Positions 1 to 9,153 of a stretch of 32,000 nucleotides of DNA are shown here, piece after piece. The DNA comes from Longivirga aurantiaca (lineage in GTDB: Bacteria; Actinomycetota; Actinomycetes; S36-B12; CAIYMF01), in contig NZ_JBHSTI010000008.1 in assembly GCF_042660085.1 (NCBI RefSeq), forward strand, positions 900,001 through 932,000. The letters run 5' to 3'. The translations under genes and the position numbers were made by a program. The notes beneath the pieces are model-generated. The model was given only the letters and a program-made list of their open reading frames with translations. It had not been told where the DNA came from and searched no databases. How positions within the stretch are numbered: position 1 is the stretch's first letter; each line of letters starts with the position of its first letter.

Positions 1-580
1 GGCCGCGACGCAGCAGCGACATGGGGTCGAGGTAGTCCTCGCCGTCGCGCAGGCCCCAGTGCAGGCAGGACGGGACCTCTCCGCAGTGGCCGGCGCCCTC
101 GTGCACGCGGCCGATGACCTGGCCGCCGGCGACGGACTCGCCGACGCCGACCTCGGGCGCGACCGGCTCGTACGTCGTGGTGCGTCCGTCCAGGTGCAGC
201 AGCGTGACGACGTCGCGGCCGGCGACCGGGCCCGCGAAGACGACCACGCCGTCGCCCGGCGCCCGCACCGCGTCCCCGGCGAAGGCGAGCAGGTCGACGC
301 CCCGGTGGCCGCTCATCCAGTCGGAGAGAGGCGGGTCGAACGGTGCCGTGACGAGCAGCGGGCCTCGGAGGGGCGGCTGCCAGCCGGGGGCCCCGACGGC
401 CACGGCGGGGGTGTCCGTGGCCGTCGGGGTGTCCGGGGCCGACGGCCGGCTCTGGGCCGTGAGCGGCAGCAGCGTCGGCGGGCCGGCAGCAGGGAGCGGC
501 CCGAGGGCGCTCGTGAGCGCCGTGAGGGCCGAGGCGAGGAGCGAGGCGAGGGGCGCGACGGCGGGTTCGAGGAGGATCAC
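1..580 (-). CDS. M23/LytM-family metallopeptidase, 3' end cut by the window edge
   Basis: Absent from the ORF track because no stop lies inside the window. Manual reverse translation from GTG (580-578) gives [22 protein letters not shown]...[61 protein letters not shown]...[41 protein letters not shown]. This has the HxxxD motif and the C-terminal His motif of M23 peptidases, plus a hydrophobic N-terminus. It is divergent from rpsB. Confidence 0.7.
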   Translation of the reverse strand, partial: MILLEPAVAPLASLLASALTALTSALGPLPAAGPPTLLPLTAQSRPSAPDTPTATDTPAVAVGAPGWQPPLRGPLLVTAPFDPPLSDWMSGHRGVDLLAFAGDAVRAPGDGVVVFAGPVAGRDVVTLLHLDGRTTTYEPVAPEVGVGESVAGGQVIGRVHEGAGHCGEVPSCLHWGLRDGEDYLDPMSLLRRG

Positions 581-943
581 GTGCCGACCCTCGACCGGGG
601 GCCGGACCGGTCGGTGCCGGCCGACCCCGGGCTGGGGACGACACGCCGGGCGCCCGGCCTGTGGACGGCGTGCCGGGCGGCCGCTCGGGCCTCCGACCTG
701 CGATTTCAGGTCTCGGGGGGTCTGCCCGTAGACTTCCCGCGCAGCCTGCTCCGGTGGGCTGACATCGCACGCCCGCATCCCGGCCCCAGGGTCGGCGGGG
801 CACCCGCGGTCCGGATCCGTCCGGTGGGGTGCGCCCGGCGGGAGTCAGGCGCCCCGGCGACCGTCGGGGCGGACAACCGAGTGGCGCTGCCGCGTCGCGG
901 GCCTGCCCGCGCGCCTCGGCGCCAAAGAAGGAGCGACCCGGCC

Positions 944-1897
944 ATGGCCGTCGTCACCATGAAGCAGCTGCTCGAGAGCGGCGTGCACTTCGGGCACCAG
1001 ACCCGCCGTTGGAACCCGAAGATGAAGCGGTTCATCTTCAACGAGCGCAACGGCATCTACATCATCGACCTGCAGCAGTCGCTGACGTACATCGACCGCG
1101 CCTACGAGTTCGTGCGCGAGACCGTGTCGCACGGCGGCTCGATCATGTTCATCGGCACCAAGCGCCAGGCGCAGGAGCCGGTAGCCCAGCAGGCGACCCG
1201 CGTGGGCATGCCCTACGTCAACCAGCGCTGGCTCGGCGGCATGCTCACCAACTTCTCGACCGTCTTCAAGCGCATCCAGCGCCTGAAGGAGCTCGAGCTC
1301 ATCGACTACGACGACGTCGCCGGCTCCGGTCTCACCAAGAAGGAGCTCCTCGTCCTGCGTCGCGAGAAGGACAAGCTGGAGAAGACCCTCGGCGGCATCC
1401 GCGACATGACGAAGGTCCCCTCCGCGGTGTGGATCGTCGACACCAACAAGGAGCACATCGCCGTCGCCGAGGCCAAGAAGCTCGGCATCCCGGTCGTGGC
1501 GATCCTCGACTCGAACTGCGACCCCGACGTCGTCGACTTCCCGATCCCCGGCAACGACGACGCCATCCGCGCCGTCGCGCTGCTCACCCGCGTGATCGCC
1601 GACGCCGTCGCCGACGGCCTCATGGCCCGCGCCGGCCGTGGCGGTGCCGTGGCTGAGGCTGCGGCCGCCGAGGGCGTCGTCGCCGTCGACGAGCCGCTGG
1701 CCGACTGGGAGACCGCGCTGCTCACGGGCGCCGACGCCGAGGCTGCCGCCCCGGCTGAGGCTGCTGCCGAGGCTCCCGCCGAGGTCGTCGCCGAGGTCGT
1801 CGCCGAGGCTCCGGCCGAGGTTGCCGCCGAGGCTCCCGCCGAGGTTGCTGCCGAGGTCGTGGCCGAGACCACCGAGGCCCCGGCCGAGCAGGCCTGA
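944..1897 (+). CDS. rpsB: 30S ribosomal protein S2 with an Ala/Glu-rich C-terminal extension
   Basis: ATG at 944 is preceded by AAGAAGGAG (925-933). [43 protein letters not shown] is the canonical S2 N-terminus. The 295 codons upstream in tracked ORF 59..1897 are Arg/Gly-rich read-through, not coding. Confidence 0.97.
   Translation: MAVVTMKQLLESGVHFGHQTRRWNPKMKRFIFNERNGIYIIDLQQSLTYIDRAYEFVRETVSHGGSIMFIGTKRQAQEPVAQQATRVGMPYVNQRWLGGMLTNFSTVFKRIQRLKELELIDYDDVAGSGLTKKELLVLRREKDKLEKTLGGIRDMTKVPSAVWIVDTNKEHIAVAEAKKLGIPVVAILDSNCDPDVVDFPIPGNDDAIRAVALLTRVIADAVADGLMARAGRGGAVAEAAAAEGVVAVDEPLADWETALLTGADAEAAAPAEAAAEAPAEVVAEVVAEAPAEVAAEAPAEVAAEVVAETTEAPAEQA
1735..1891 (+). repeat. Imperfect 12-nt periodic repeat (GCCGAGGYNNNN) encoding the AEXX tail of S2
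   Basis: The DNA reads gccgaggctgcc / gccgaggctccc / gccgaggtcgtc / gccgaggttgcc and so on. The protein tail is [55 protein letters not shown]. Confidence 0.8.
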
Positions 1898-1937
1898 CGA
1901 GCGCGCGGCCGACGCCGCGCGCCCCGCACGATCCGGC

Positions 1938-1978
1938 CTGCGGCCTGGGTCCGCCTCACCGGCGGACCCGGGCCGCAG
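1938..1978 (+). terminator. Strong rpsB-tsf intercistronic hairpin (possible attenuator, partial terminator or processing site)
   Basis: The arm ctgcggcctgggtccgcc (1938-1955) pairs with ggcggacccgggccgcag (1961-1978). That is 18 bp with one U-G position and the loop tcacc. A second 9-bp GC hairpin, gcgcgcggc/gccgcgcgc, lies at 1901-1922. There is no U-tract. Confidence 0.45.
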
Positions 1979-2024
1979 CCGTGAGACTCACCGATTCGAC
2001 TTCTCCAGGAAGAGAGAGCCAGTC

Positions 2025-2837
2025 ATGGCTGACGTCACTGCTGCCGACGTGAAGAAGCTCCGCGACCTCACCGGCGCGGGCATGATGGAGTGCAAGAAGG
2101 CGCTCGTCGAGAACGACGGCGACTTCGAGAAGGCCGCCGAGGCCCTGCGCGTGAAGGGTGCGGCCAAGGCCGCCGCCCGCGGCGCCGAGCGCGACGCGAG
2201 CAACGGCCTCGTCGTGACCAAGGACGGCGCCCTCGTCGAGCTCCGTGCCGAGACCGACTTCGTCGCCAAGAACGCCGACTTCCAGGCCCTCGCCGAGAAG
2301 GTCGTCGCCAAGGCCGCCGAGGTCAAGGCCGACAGCACCGAGGTCCTCGCGGCCGCCGAGCTCGACGGCAGGACCGTGGCCGAGGCCATCACCGAGCTCG
2401 CCGCCACGATCGGCGAGAAGCTCGAGCTCGGCCGCGTCGCGTTCCTGGACGGCACCGTCGCGACCTACATGCACAAGCGTGCCGCCGACCTGCCCGCGCA
2501 GGTGGGCGTCCTCGTGGCCTACGAGGGCTCGGAGGAGGCCGCCCGCTCCGCCGCGATGCAGATCGCCGCGATGCGCGCGTCGTACCTCACCCGCGACGAG
2601 GTCCCGGCCGACGTGGTCGAGACCGAGCGCCGCGTGGCCGAGGCCAAGGCCAAGGAGGAGGGCAAGCCCGAGGCTGCGCTCCCGAGGATCATCGAGGGCC
2701 GCGTCAACTCGTACTTCAAGGACAACGTCCTGCTCGAGCAGGAGTCGGTCGTCGAGGCCAAGAAGAGCGTCCAGCAGGTCCTCGACGCCGCCGGCACCTC
2801 GATCAGCCGCTTCGTGCGGTTCGAGATCGGCGCCTGA
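2025..2837 (+). CDS. tsf: Translation elongation factor Ts
   Basis: ATG at 2025. [63 protein letters not shown] matches EF-Ts. It follows rpsB in the conserved order. Confidence 0.97.
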   Translation: MADVTAADVKKLRDLTGAGMMECKKALVENDGDFEKAAEALRVKGAAKAAARGAERDASNGLVVTKDGALVELRAETDFVAKNADFQALAEKVVAKAAEVKADSTEVLAAAELDGRTVAEAITELAATIGEKLELGRVAFLDGTVATYMHKRAADLPAQVGVLVAYEGSEEAARSAAMQIAAMRASYLTRDEVPADVVETERRVAEAKAKEEGKPEAALPRIIEGRVNSYFKDNVLLEQESVVEAKKSVQQVLDAAGTSISRFVRFEIGA

Positions 2838-2906
2838 CCCTCCTTCACGGTCTGCACTTGGCAGACTGACGCCGGAGAAACCGTAGAGCCGTTGGAGGCC
2901 GCTGTC

Positions 2907-3728
2907 GTGGACGGAACCACTGCCGAAGCAGGATCCACCCCGATGGCGGGCTCCAGCGTCTCCGGAGCCGTGCAGCCGTCGCTCGACGGCACGCTCGACA
3001 CCTGGCCCGGCGTGCCCGAGGGCGGCTACAGCCGCGTGCTGCTCAAGCTCTCGGGCGAGGCGTTCGCCGGCGGTGGCGCGCTCGGCGTCGACCCCGACGT
3101 CGTCCAGGCGATCGCCCGGCAGATCGCGGCCGTGGTACGCAGCGGCACCCAGGTGGCCGTGGTCATCGGCGGCGGCAACTTCTTCCGCGGCGCCCAGCTG
3201 AACGAGCGCGGCATGGACCGCTCCCGCGCCGACTACATGGGCATGCTCGGCACGGTCATGAACTGCCTCGCGCTGCAGGACTTCTGCGACCGCCAGGGCG
3301 TCGAGACCCGCGTGCAGACCTCCATCTCGATGGGCCAGGTCGCCGAGCCGTACGTGCCGCGCCGCGCCATCCGCCACCTCGAGAAGGGCCGCGTCGTCAT
3401 CTTCGGCGCGGGCCTCGGGGCGCCCTACTTCTCCACCGACACCGCTGCCGCGCAGCGGGCGCTCGAGATCGGGTGCGAGGTCGTGCTCATGGCCAAGGGC
3501 GTCGACGGCGTGTACGACGACGACCCGCGCACCAACCCCGACGCGAAGCGCTTCGAGACGCTCACCCATGCGGAGGTGCTCGCCCGCGGACTGAAGGTCG
3601 CCGACGCCACCGCCATCAGCCTGACCCAGGACAACGACCTGCCGATCATCGTGTTCAACCTGCTCGTCGAGGGCAACATCGCCCGCGCCGTGCGGGGTGA
3701 GAGGATCGGCACGCTCGTCGCCAGCTGA
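2907..3728 (+). CDS. pyrH: UMP kinase
   Basis: [16 protein letters not shown]...[13 protein letters not shown]...[17 protein letters not shown] are uridylate kinase motifs. The start is uncertain: TTG 2892, GTG 2907 (GGAGG at 2894-2898, 8-nt spacer, preferred) or ATG 2943. Confidence 0.93.
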   Translation: MDGTTAEAGSTPMAGSSVSGAVQPSLDGTLDTWPGVPEGGYSRVLLKLSGEAFAGGGALGVDPDVVQAIARQIAAVVRSGTQVAVVIGGGNFFRGAQLNERGMDRSRADYMGMLGTVMNCLALQDFCDRQGVETRVQTSISMGQVAEPYVPRRAIRHLEKGRVVIFGAGLGAPYFSTDTAAAQRALEIGCEVVLMAKGVDGVYDDDPRTNPDAKRFETLTHAEVLARGLKVADATAISLTQDNDLPIIVFNLLVEGNIARAVRGERIGTLVAS

Positions 3729-3779
3729 CCCCAGCGCCCGCGACGACCGCCCAGGAACGAAGACGACGAGGAGCCACCC

Positions 3780-4337
3780 GTGATCGACGAGACCATGCTC
3801 GAGGCCGAGGAGAAGCTGGAGAAGGCCGTCGGGGTCGCGAAGGAGGACTTCGCGGGGATCCGCACGGGCCGTGCCACGGCCAAGATGTTCGACAAGATCA
3901 CCGCCGAGTACTACGGCTCGCAGACGCCGGTCACGCAGATGGCCGGCTTCGCCGTCCCGGAGGCGCGCCTCGTCGTCATCACGCCCTACGACAAGGGCTC
4001 GATGACCGCGATCGAGAAGGCCATCCGCGACTCCGACCTCGGCGTCAACCCCACCAACGACGGCATCGTCATCCGCGTGGCCTTCCCGCAGCTCACCGAG
4101 GAGCGCCGCCGCGACTACATCAAGGTGGCGCGCACCAAGGCAGAGGACGCCCGCATCTCGATGCGCAACATCCGTCGCCACGCCAAGGACACCCTCGACA
4201 AGCTCATGAAGGACGGCGAGGTCGGCGAGGACGAGGTCCGTCGCGCGGAGAAGTCCCTCGACGAGATCACCCACAAGTACGTCGCCCAGATCGACGAGCT
4301 CCTGAAGCACAAGGAGGCCGAGCTGCTCGAGGTCTGA
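3780..4337 (+). CDS. frr: Ribosome recycling factor
   Basis: GTG at 3780 with GAGGAG at 3768-3773. [40 protein letters not shown]...[14 protein letters not shown] is typical RRF. Confidence 0.97.
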   Translation: MIDETMLEAEEKLEKAVGVAKEDFAGIRTGRATAKMFDKITAEYYGSQTPVTQMAGFAVPEARLVVITPYDKGSMTAIEKAIRDSDLGVNPTNDGIVIRVAFPQLTEERRRDYIKVARTKAEDARISMRNIRRHAKDTLDKLMKDGEVGEDEVRRAEKSLDEITHKYVAQIDELLKHKEAELLEV

Positions 4338-4360
4338 GACCTCGACCACCTCGACCACCC

Positions 4361-5209
4361 ATGACCGACGCGACCACGTCACCGCAGCCGGCCCCGCACG
4401 GGCGCGCCGGCCGCAACCTGGTCTCCGCGATCGGCATGGGGCTCGTGCTCGGCATCGGCCTGGTGCTGCTGCCGGTGCTCTACCTGCCGTGGCTGTTCGT
4501 CGTCATCGTCTCGGTCGCGATGGCCGTCGCGTCGTGGGAGCTCGCGGGTGCGCTGGAGCAGCGCGGAATCCGGGTCGAGCGAGCTGTGCTGTACGCCGGT
4601 GCGCTCGCGATGCCACTGGTCGCCTACCTGTGGGGCGTGCAGCCCCTCGTCGGCGTCTTCGGGGCCACCGTGCTCCTCGCGATGGGCGCCCGGCTGCTGC
4701 GAGGCCCGGAGGGCTACGTGGCGGACGTCGCCGGGACGGCCCTCGTCGCGGCCTACACCGGCCTCATGGGCGGTCTCGCCGGGCTCGTGCTGGCCTCCAC
4801 GCAGGGCGGCGACCGCGTCATCGTGATCGTCGTGCTGACGATCTGCAGCGACATCGGCGGCTACATCTTCGGGGTGCTGATGGGCCGGCACCCGATGGCG
4901 CCGAAGATCTCCCCGAAGAAGTCCTGGGAGGGCTTCGCGGGGTCGCTCATCTTCCAGGCCGTCGCGGGCGTCCTGCTGTTCGTGTACCTGCTCGAGGCGC
5001 CGTGGTGGCAGGGCCTGGTCACGGGTCTCGTGCTCACGTTCACCGCGACCGCGGGCGACTTCGTCGAGTCGGCCATCAAGCGCGACCTCGGCGTCAAGGA
5101 CATGAGCAACCTGATCCCGGGCCACGGCGGCCTCATGGACCGCCTCGACTCGCTCCTGCCCAACATCTTCGTGGGCTGGCTCCTGCTGCTCGTCTTCCTC
5201 GGCGCCTGA
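4361..5209 (+). CDS. cdsA: Phosphatidate cytidylyltransferase (CDP-diglyceride synthase)
   Basis: Polytopic membrane protein with the CdsA signature SWEGFAGS...[35 protein letters not shown]. It follows frr in the conserved order. Confidence 0.93.
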   Translation: MTDATTSPQPAPHGRAGRNLVSAIGMGLVLGIGLVLLPVLYLPWLFVVIVSVAMAVASWELAGALEQRGIRVERAVLYAGALAMPLVAYLWGVQPLVGVFGATVLLAMGARLLRGPEGYVADVAGTALVAAYTGLMGGLAGLVLASTQGGDRVIVIVVLTICSDIGGYIFGVLMGRHPMAPKISPKKSWEGFAGSLIFQAVAGVLLFVYLLEAPWWQGLVTGLVLTFTATAGDFVESAIKRDLGVKDMSNLIPGHGGLMDRLDSLLPNIFVGWLLLLVFLGA

Positions 5210-5249
5210 TCGTCCCGCCGTTTCCCCGCACGCCACGCCGCGTGCGACC

Positions 5250-6389
5250 ATGGACGTCGTCATGACCCAGGACCTCGAGACCCCGCGCACGCCGAAGCCG
5301 GGCGAGCTGACGTTCGAGGCGCCGCGCCGAGGCAAGCCGCCGCGCCACCTCGCCGACATGACTGCGGCCGAGCGGCGCGAGGCCGTCACCGCGCTCGGCC
5401 TCCCGGCGTTCCGCGCCGACCAGGTGAGCCGTCACTACTTCTCCCGCCTCTCGGCCGACGCCGAGGGCTGGACCGACATCCCGGCCGCCCAGCGCGCCGA
5501 CATCGCGAAGGTGCTGACACCCACGCTCATGACGCCGGTGCGCGAGATGACCGCGGACGCCGGCACCACGCGCAAGACGCTGTGGCGCCTGCACGACGGC
5601 GCGCTCGTCGAGAGCGTCCTCATGCGCTACACCGACCGCGTCACCATGTGCGTCTCGAGCCAGGCCGGCTGCGGCATGAACTGCCCGTTCTGCGCCACGG
5701 GGCAGGCCGGGCTCACCCGCAACATGAGCACCGCCGAGATCGTCGAGCAGGTCGTCTCGGGCGCCCGCCAGCTCGCTGCCGGCGAGGTGCCCGGCGGCGA
5801 GGGCCGCGTGAGCAACGTCGTCTTCATGGGCATGGGCGAGCCGCTGGCGAACTACAACGCCGTCGTCGGCGCGCTGCACCGGCTCACCGACGACGCCCCC
5901 GCGGGCCTCGGCATGTCGGCGCGCGGCATCACCGTGTCGACCGTAGGACTGGTGCCGCGCATCCAGCAGCTCGCGCAGGAAGGCCTGCCCGTCACGTTGG
6001 CGCTCTCGCTGCACGCACCCGACGATGAGCTGCGCGACACCCTCGTGCCGGTCAACACGCGCTGGAAGGTCGACGAGGTGCTCGCGGCCGCGTGGGACTA
6101 CGCGCGCATCACCAAGCGCCGTGTCTCCATCGAGTACGCGCTCATCAAGGACGTGAACGACCAGGCCTGGCGGGCGGAGCTGCTCGCCAAGCGCCTGCGC
6201 AACAAGCTGGTCCACGTCAACCTGATCCCGCTCAACCCCACGCCGGGGTCGAAGTGGACGGCATCGCGCCCGGAGGACGAGCGCGAGTTCGTCCGGCGGC
6301 TCGAGGCCGGCGGCGTGGCGGTCACCGTGCGCGACACCCGCGGCCGCGAGATCGACGGCGCCTGCGGCCAGCTCGCCGCCGCCGAGTAG
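5250..6389 (+). CDS. rlmN: 23S rRNA/tRNA (adenine-C2)-methyltransferase, radical SAM
   Basis: [19 protein letters not shown] (CxxxCxxC), [11 protein letters not shown], and a C-terminal [11 protein letters not shown] carrying the catalytic Cys. An alternative start is ATG 5262. Confidence 0.93.
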   Translation: MDVVMTQDLETPRTPKPGELTFEAPRRGKPPRHLADMTAAERREAVTALGLPAFRADQVSRHYFSRLSADAEGWTDIPAAQRADIAKVLTPTLMTPVREMTADAGTTRKTLWRLHDGALVESVLMRYTDRVTMCVSSQAGCGMNCPFCATGQAGLTRNMSTAEIVEQVVSGARQLAAGEVPGGEGRVSNVVFMGMGEPLANYNAVVGALHRLTDDAPAGLGMSARGITVSTVGLVPRIQQLAQEGLPVTLALSLHAPDDELRDTLVPVNTRWKVDEVLAAAWDYARITKRRVSIEYALIKDVNDQAWRAELLAKRLRNKLVHVNLIPLNPTPGSKWTASRPEDEREFVRRLEAGGVAVTVRDTRGREIDGACGQLAAAE

Positions 6390-6535
6390 CGCGCCTCCGA
6401 CCGCTCGGCGCAGGCGTCCTCGCCCTCGGCGCACGGCCCGGGACACCTCCTGACACGCTGCAGGCACGTCCGCGATGCTGGCCGTGTCTGCCCTGGGCTC
6501 CGGCTGCCCGCGGCGTACGAGGAGGTAGGTCGAGG

Positions 6536-8431
6536 ATGAGCCAGGCTGTCGACACGGGTGCGTACCAGCGCGAGCGCGACCGCAGCATCGAGGACCCGGA
6601 GGGCTTCTGGCGCGACGCCGCCGCTGCGATCGACTGGGACGTCGAGCCGCCGATCGTGCTCGACAGGTCCGATGCGCCGTACTACCGCTGGTTCACCGGC
6701 GGTCGCCTCAACACCTGCTTCAACGCGCTCGACCGGCACGTCCTCGCCGGTCATGGCGAGCGCCTCGCGCTCGTCTACGACAGCCCCGTCACCGGCACGG
6801 CCGACACGTACTCGTACTCGCGCCTGCTCGACGAGGTCGCCACCTTCGCCGGGGTGCTGCGCGGGCTCGGCGTGGAGAAGGGCGACCGCGTCCTGCTCTA
6901 CATGCCGATGGTGCCGGAGGCCGTGATCGCGATGCTCGCGACCGCGCGCCTGGGCGCCGTCCACTCGGTGGTCTTCGGCGGTTTCGCGCCGCACGAGCTC
7001 GCGATCCGCATCGACGACGCGACGCCCAAGGTGGTCGTGTCGGCATCGTGCGGGATCGAGCCGGGTCGTGTCGTCGAGTACAAGCCGATGCTCGACCGCG
7101 CGCTCGAGGCCGCCGACCACACGGTCGACGCCACCGTGATCCTCCAGCGGCCGCAGGCCGTGGCCGAGATGGGGGAGCGCGACCACGACTGGCGCGCGCT
7201 CGCGGCTGCGGCCGAGCCCGCCGGCTGCGTGAGCGTCGAGGCCACCGACCCGCTCTACGTGCTCTACACGTCGGGCACGACCGGCAAGCCCAAGGGCATC
7301 GTGCGCGACAACGGCGGCCACGCCGTCGCGCTCGCCTGGAGCATGCGCAACGTCTACGACATCGGCGCTGGCGACGTGTTCTGGGCCGCCAGCGATGTCG
7401 GCTGGGTCGTCGGCCACTCGTACATCGTCTACGCGCCGCTCATCGCCGGCGCCACGACCGTGGTCTACGAGGGCAAGCCCGTGGGGACACCGGATGCCAG
7501 CGCCTTCTGGCGCGTGATCGCGACGTACGGCGTGAAGGCGCTCTTCACCGCGCCGACGGCGTTCCGCGCGATCAAGAAGGAGGACCCCGACGCGTCGCTG
7601 CGCGCGGGTCACGACCTGTCGTCGCTGCAGACGCTGTTCCTCGCCGGCGAGCGGCTCGACCCGGACACCTACCACTGGGCCAGCGACATCCTCGGCATCC
7701 CGGTGGTCGACAACTGGTGGCAGACCGAGACGGGCTGGCCGATCGCGGCCAACCCGCGCGGCCTCGAGCCGCTGCCGATCAAGCCCGGCTCGCCGAGCGT
7801 GATCATGCCGGGGTACGACGTGCGCGTGCTCGACGAGCGCGGGCTCCCGGTCGAGCCCGGCCAGGAGGGCAACATCTCCATCCGCCTACCGCTGCCGCCC
7901 GGCACGCTGCCGACGCTGTGGAACGACGACAAGCGGTACGTCGACTCCTACCTCGCGGTGTTCAGCGGCTACTACGCGACCGGCGACGGCGGCTACATCG
8001 ACGAGGACGGCTACATCTTCGTGATGGGCCGCACCGACGACGTCATCAACGTCGCAGGGCACCGCCTCTCGACCGGCTCGATGGAGGCGGTCGTCGCCAC
8101 CCACCCGATGGTGGCGGAGTGCGCGGTCATCGGCGTCCACGACCAGCTCAAGGGCCAGATCCCGCGCGCGTTCGTGGTGCTGAAGGCTGGCGCAGACATC
8201 GACCCGAAGCAGCTCGAGAAGGAGATCGTCGCGTCGGTGCGCGACGAGATCGGGCCGGTCGCCGCGTTCAAGAGCGTCGTGATCGTGCCGGGCCTGCCCA
8301 AGACCCGCTCGGGCAAGATCCTGCGCCGCACGATGCGCGGCATCGCCGACGGCCGGCCCGAGGCGCCGCCGTCGACGATCGACGACATCAGCGTGCTCGA
8401 CGTCCTGCGCCCCCTGCTCCAGGGCGACTGA
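6536..8431 (+). CDS. prpE: Propionate--CoA ligase / short-chain acyl-CoA synthetase (AMP-forming)
   Basis: ATG at 6536 after GAGGAGG (6520-6526). Matches remembered PrpE along its whole length: DPEGFWRDAA, YTSGTTGKPKG, ASDVGWVVGHSYIVYAPL, DNWWQTETGWPI, GRTDDVINVAGHRL, LPKTRSGKILRR. The tracked ORF start at 6092 overlaps rlmN and is not real. Confidence 0.85.
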   Translation: MSQAVDTGAYQRERDRSIEDPEGFWRDAAAAIDWDVEPPIVLDRSDAPYYRWFTGGRLNTCFNALDRHVLAGHGERLALVYDSPVTGTADTYSYSRLLDEVATFAGVLRGLGVEKGDRVLLYMPMVPEAVIAMLATARLGAVHSVVFGGFAPHELAIRIDDATPKVVVSASCGIEPGRVVEYKPMLDRALEAADHTVDATVILQRPQAVAEMGERDHDWRALAAAAEPAGCVSVEATDPLYVLYTSGTTGKPKGIVRDNGGHAVALAWSMRNVYDIGAGDVFWAASDVGWVVGHSYIVYAPLIAGATTVVYEGKPVGTPDASAFWRVIATYGVKALFTAPTAFRAIKKEDPDASLRAGHDLSSLQTLFLAGERLDPDTYHWASDILGIPVVDNWWQTETGWPIAANPRGLEPLPIKPGSPSVIMPGYDVRVLDERGLPVEPGQEGNISIRLPLPPGTLPTLWNDDKRYVDSYLAVFSGYYATGDGGYIDEDGYIFVMGRTDDVINVAGHRLSTGSMEAVVATHPMVAECAVIGVHDQLKGQIPRAFVVLKAGADIDPKQLEKEIVASVRDEIGPVAAFKSVVIVPGLPKTRSGKILRRTMRGIADGRPEAPPSTIDDISVLDVLRPLLQGD

Positions 8432-8530
8432 CCCGAGCAGGATCGGAGAAGCGCCGCTGCCATACGCCCTGTGAGACTCGGGCGCGTCGGATCGGTAGGT
8501 TCTGCCCGTCATCTCGCCCCGGAGGTCTCC

Positions 8531-9001
8531 GTGCCGTACGTCGTCGACTTCGTCACCGTCTCGACCGAGGGGCTCGAGTCCTCACCCGTCGCGGAGGCGC
8601 TCGCCGGCCTCCGGGCGAACGAGGCCCGCTACTTCCGGAACAAGTACGACGTCGTGTTCGCGACCGAGAAGGCGACGTCGGCCACGGGCAAGAAGCTCGT
8701 CGCGTACGTCGCGAAGGTGCTGAAGGACGAGCGCGACATCGTGCTCGCGTCCACGCCTCTCGAGGCCACCGAGATGCTCATCGACGGCGTGCGCTGGACC
8801 TATGTGTTCTACGAATCGGGCCTGTCGGTCAACGTGCTCTACACGCTCGAGGACGGCGGCAAGCGCGCCGTGGGCTTCAAGCTCTCCGACGGCATGGAGG
8901 TGCCCGAGGAGCTCGAGACGACGTTCAAGTTCGTGCGCCAGAAGTCCAAGCTCGCCGGCACGATCCGCGGCAGCTACTTCGTCATCAGGGGCGAGTACTG
9001 A
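8531..9001 (+). CDS. Hypothetical protein, no domain recognised
   Basis: GTG at 8531 with GGAGG at 8521-8525 (5-nt spacer). Third-codon-position GC is near 100%, like the flanking host genes, so this is a real gene. The 156-aa product (VPYVVDFVTVSTEGLESSPVAEALAGLRANEARYFRNKYDVVFATEK...) is soluble, Lys/Tyr/Phe-rich, and has no motif I can name. Confidence 0.6.
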   Translation: MPYVVDFVTVSTEGLESSPVAEALAGLRANEARYFRNKYDVVFATEKATSATGKKLVAYVAKVLKDERDIVLASTPLEATEMLIDGVRWTYVFYESGLSVNVLYTLEDGGKRAVGFKLSDGMEVPEELETTFKFVRQKSKLAGTIRGSYFVIRGEY

Positions 9002-9013
9002 GGCATGGCCCCG

Positions 9014-9067
9014 CCGACTTGGTAGTGGTAAGTCGCTGTCGGCTGCGACTTTCCACTACCAAGTCGG
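9014..9067. repeat. 23-bp near-perfect inverted repeat (hairpin) between the orphan gene and the HNH gene
   Basis: ccgacttggtagtggtaagtcgc (9014-9036), loop tgtcggct, then gcgactttccactaccaagtcgg (9045-9067). 22 of 23 positions are complementary. The arms are noticeably AT-richer than the surrounding sequence. Confidence 0.85.
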
Positions 9068-9153
9068 GGTGCGGCCGGAATCGCATGTGGTTGCTGTGGA
9101 TATCGCCTGTCGGTGATCGGCGCGCTGTCGGAGGTGGTGGCCATGATGGGGTC

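Noticed and set aside
59-943. N-terminal 295 codons of the 612-aa tracked ORF that ends as rpsB, plus overlapping ORFs 114..731, 706..1056 and 829..1656
   Set aside because: The translations are Arg/Gly/Pro/Ala-rich and low in complexity, as is typical of open non-coding frames in high-GC DNA. The S2 homology and a strong RBS begin only at 944.
1956-4382. 808-aa minus-strand ORF antisense to tsf, pyrH and frr, plus similar antisense or out-of-frame ORFs. These include 5133..6467, 6098..7675, 12115..13392, 13368..14537, 22937..24379, 25045..26652, 26609..27937, 28409..30010 and 28636..30192.
   Set aside because: They lie exactly opposite to, or out of frame with, genes that have unambiguous homology. 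Their composition (runs of R, G, A, D, H, V) is that of shadow frames, and they have no recognisable motifs.
7048-9153. Upstream two-thirds of the 1193-aa ORF 7048..10629
   Set aside because: This part is an out-of-frame read-through of prpE, the orphan gene and the hairpin region. Only the segment from 9154 (or 9085) shows DUF222/HNH similarity.
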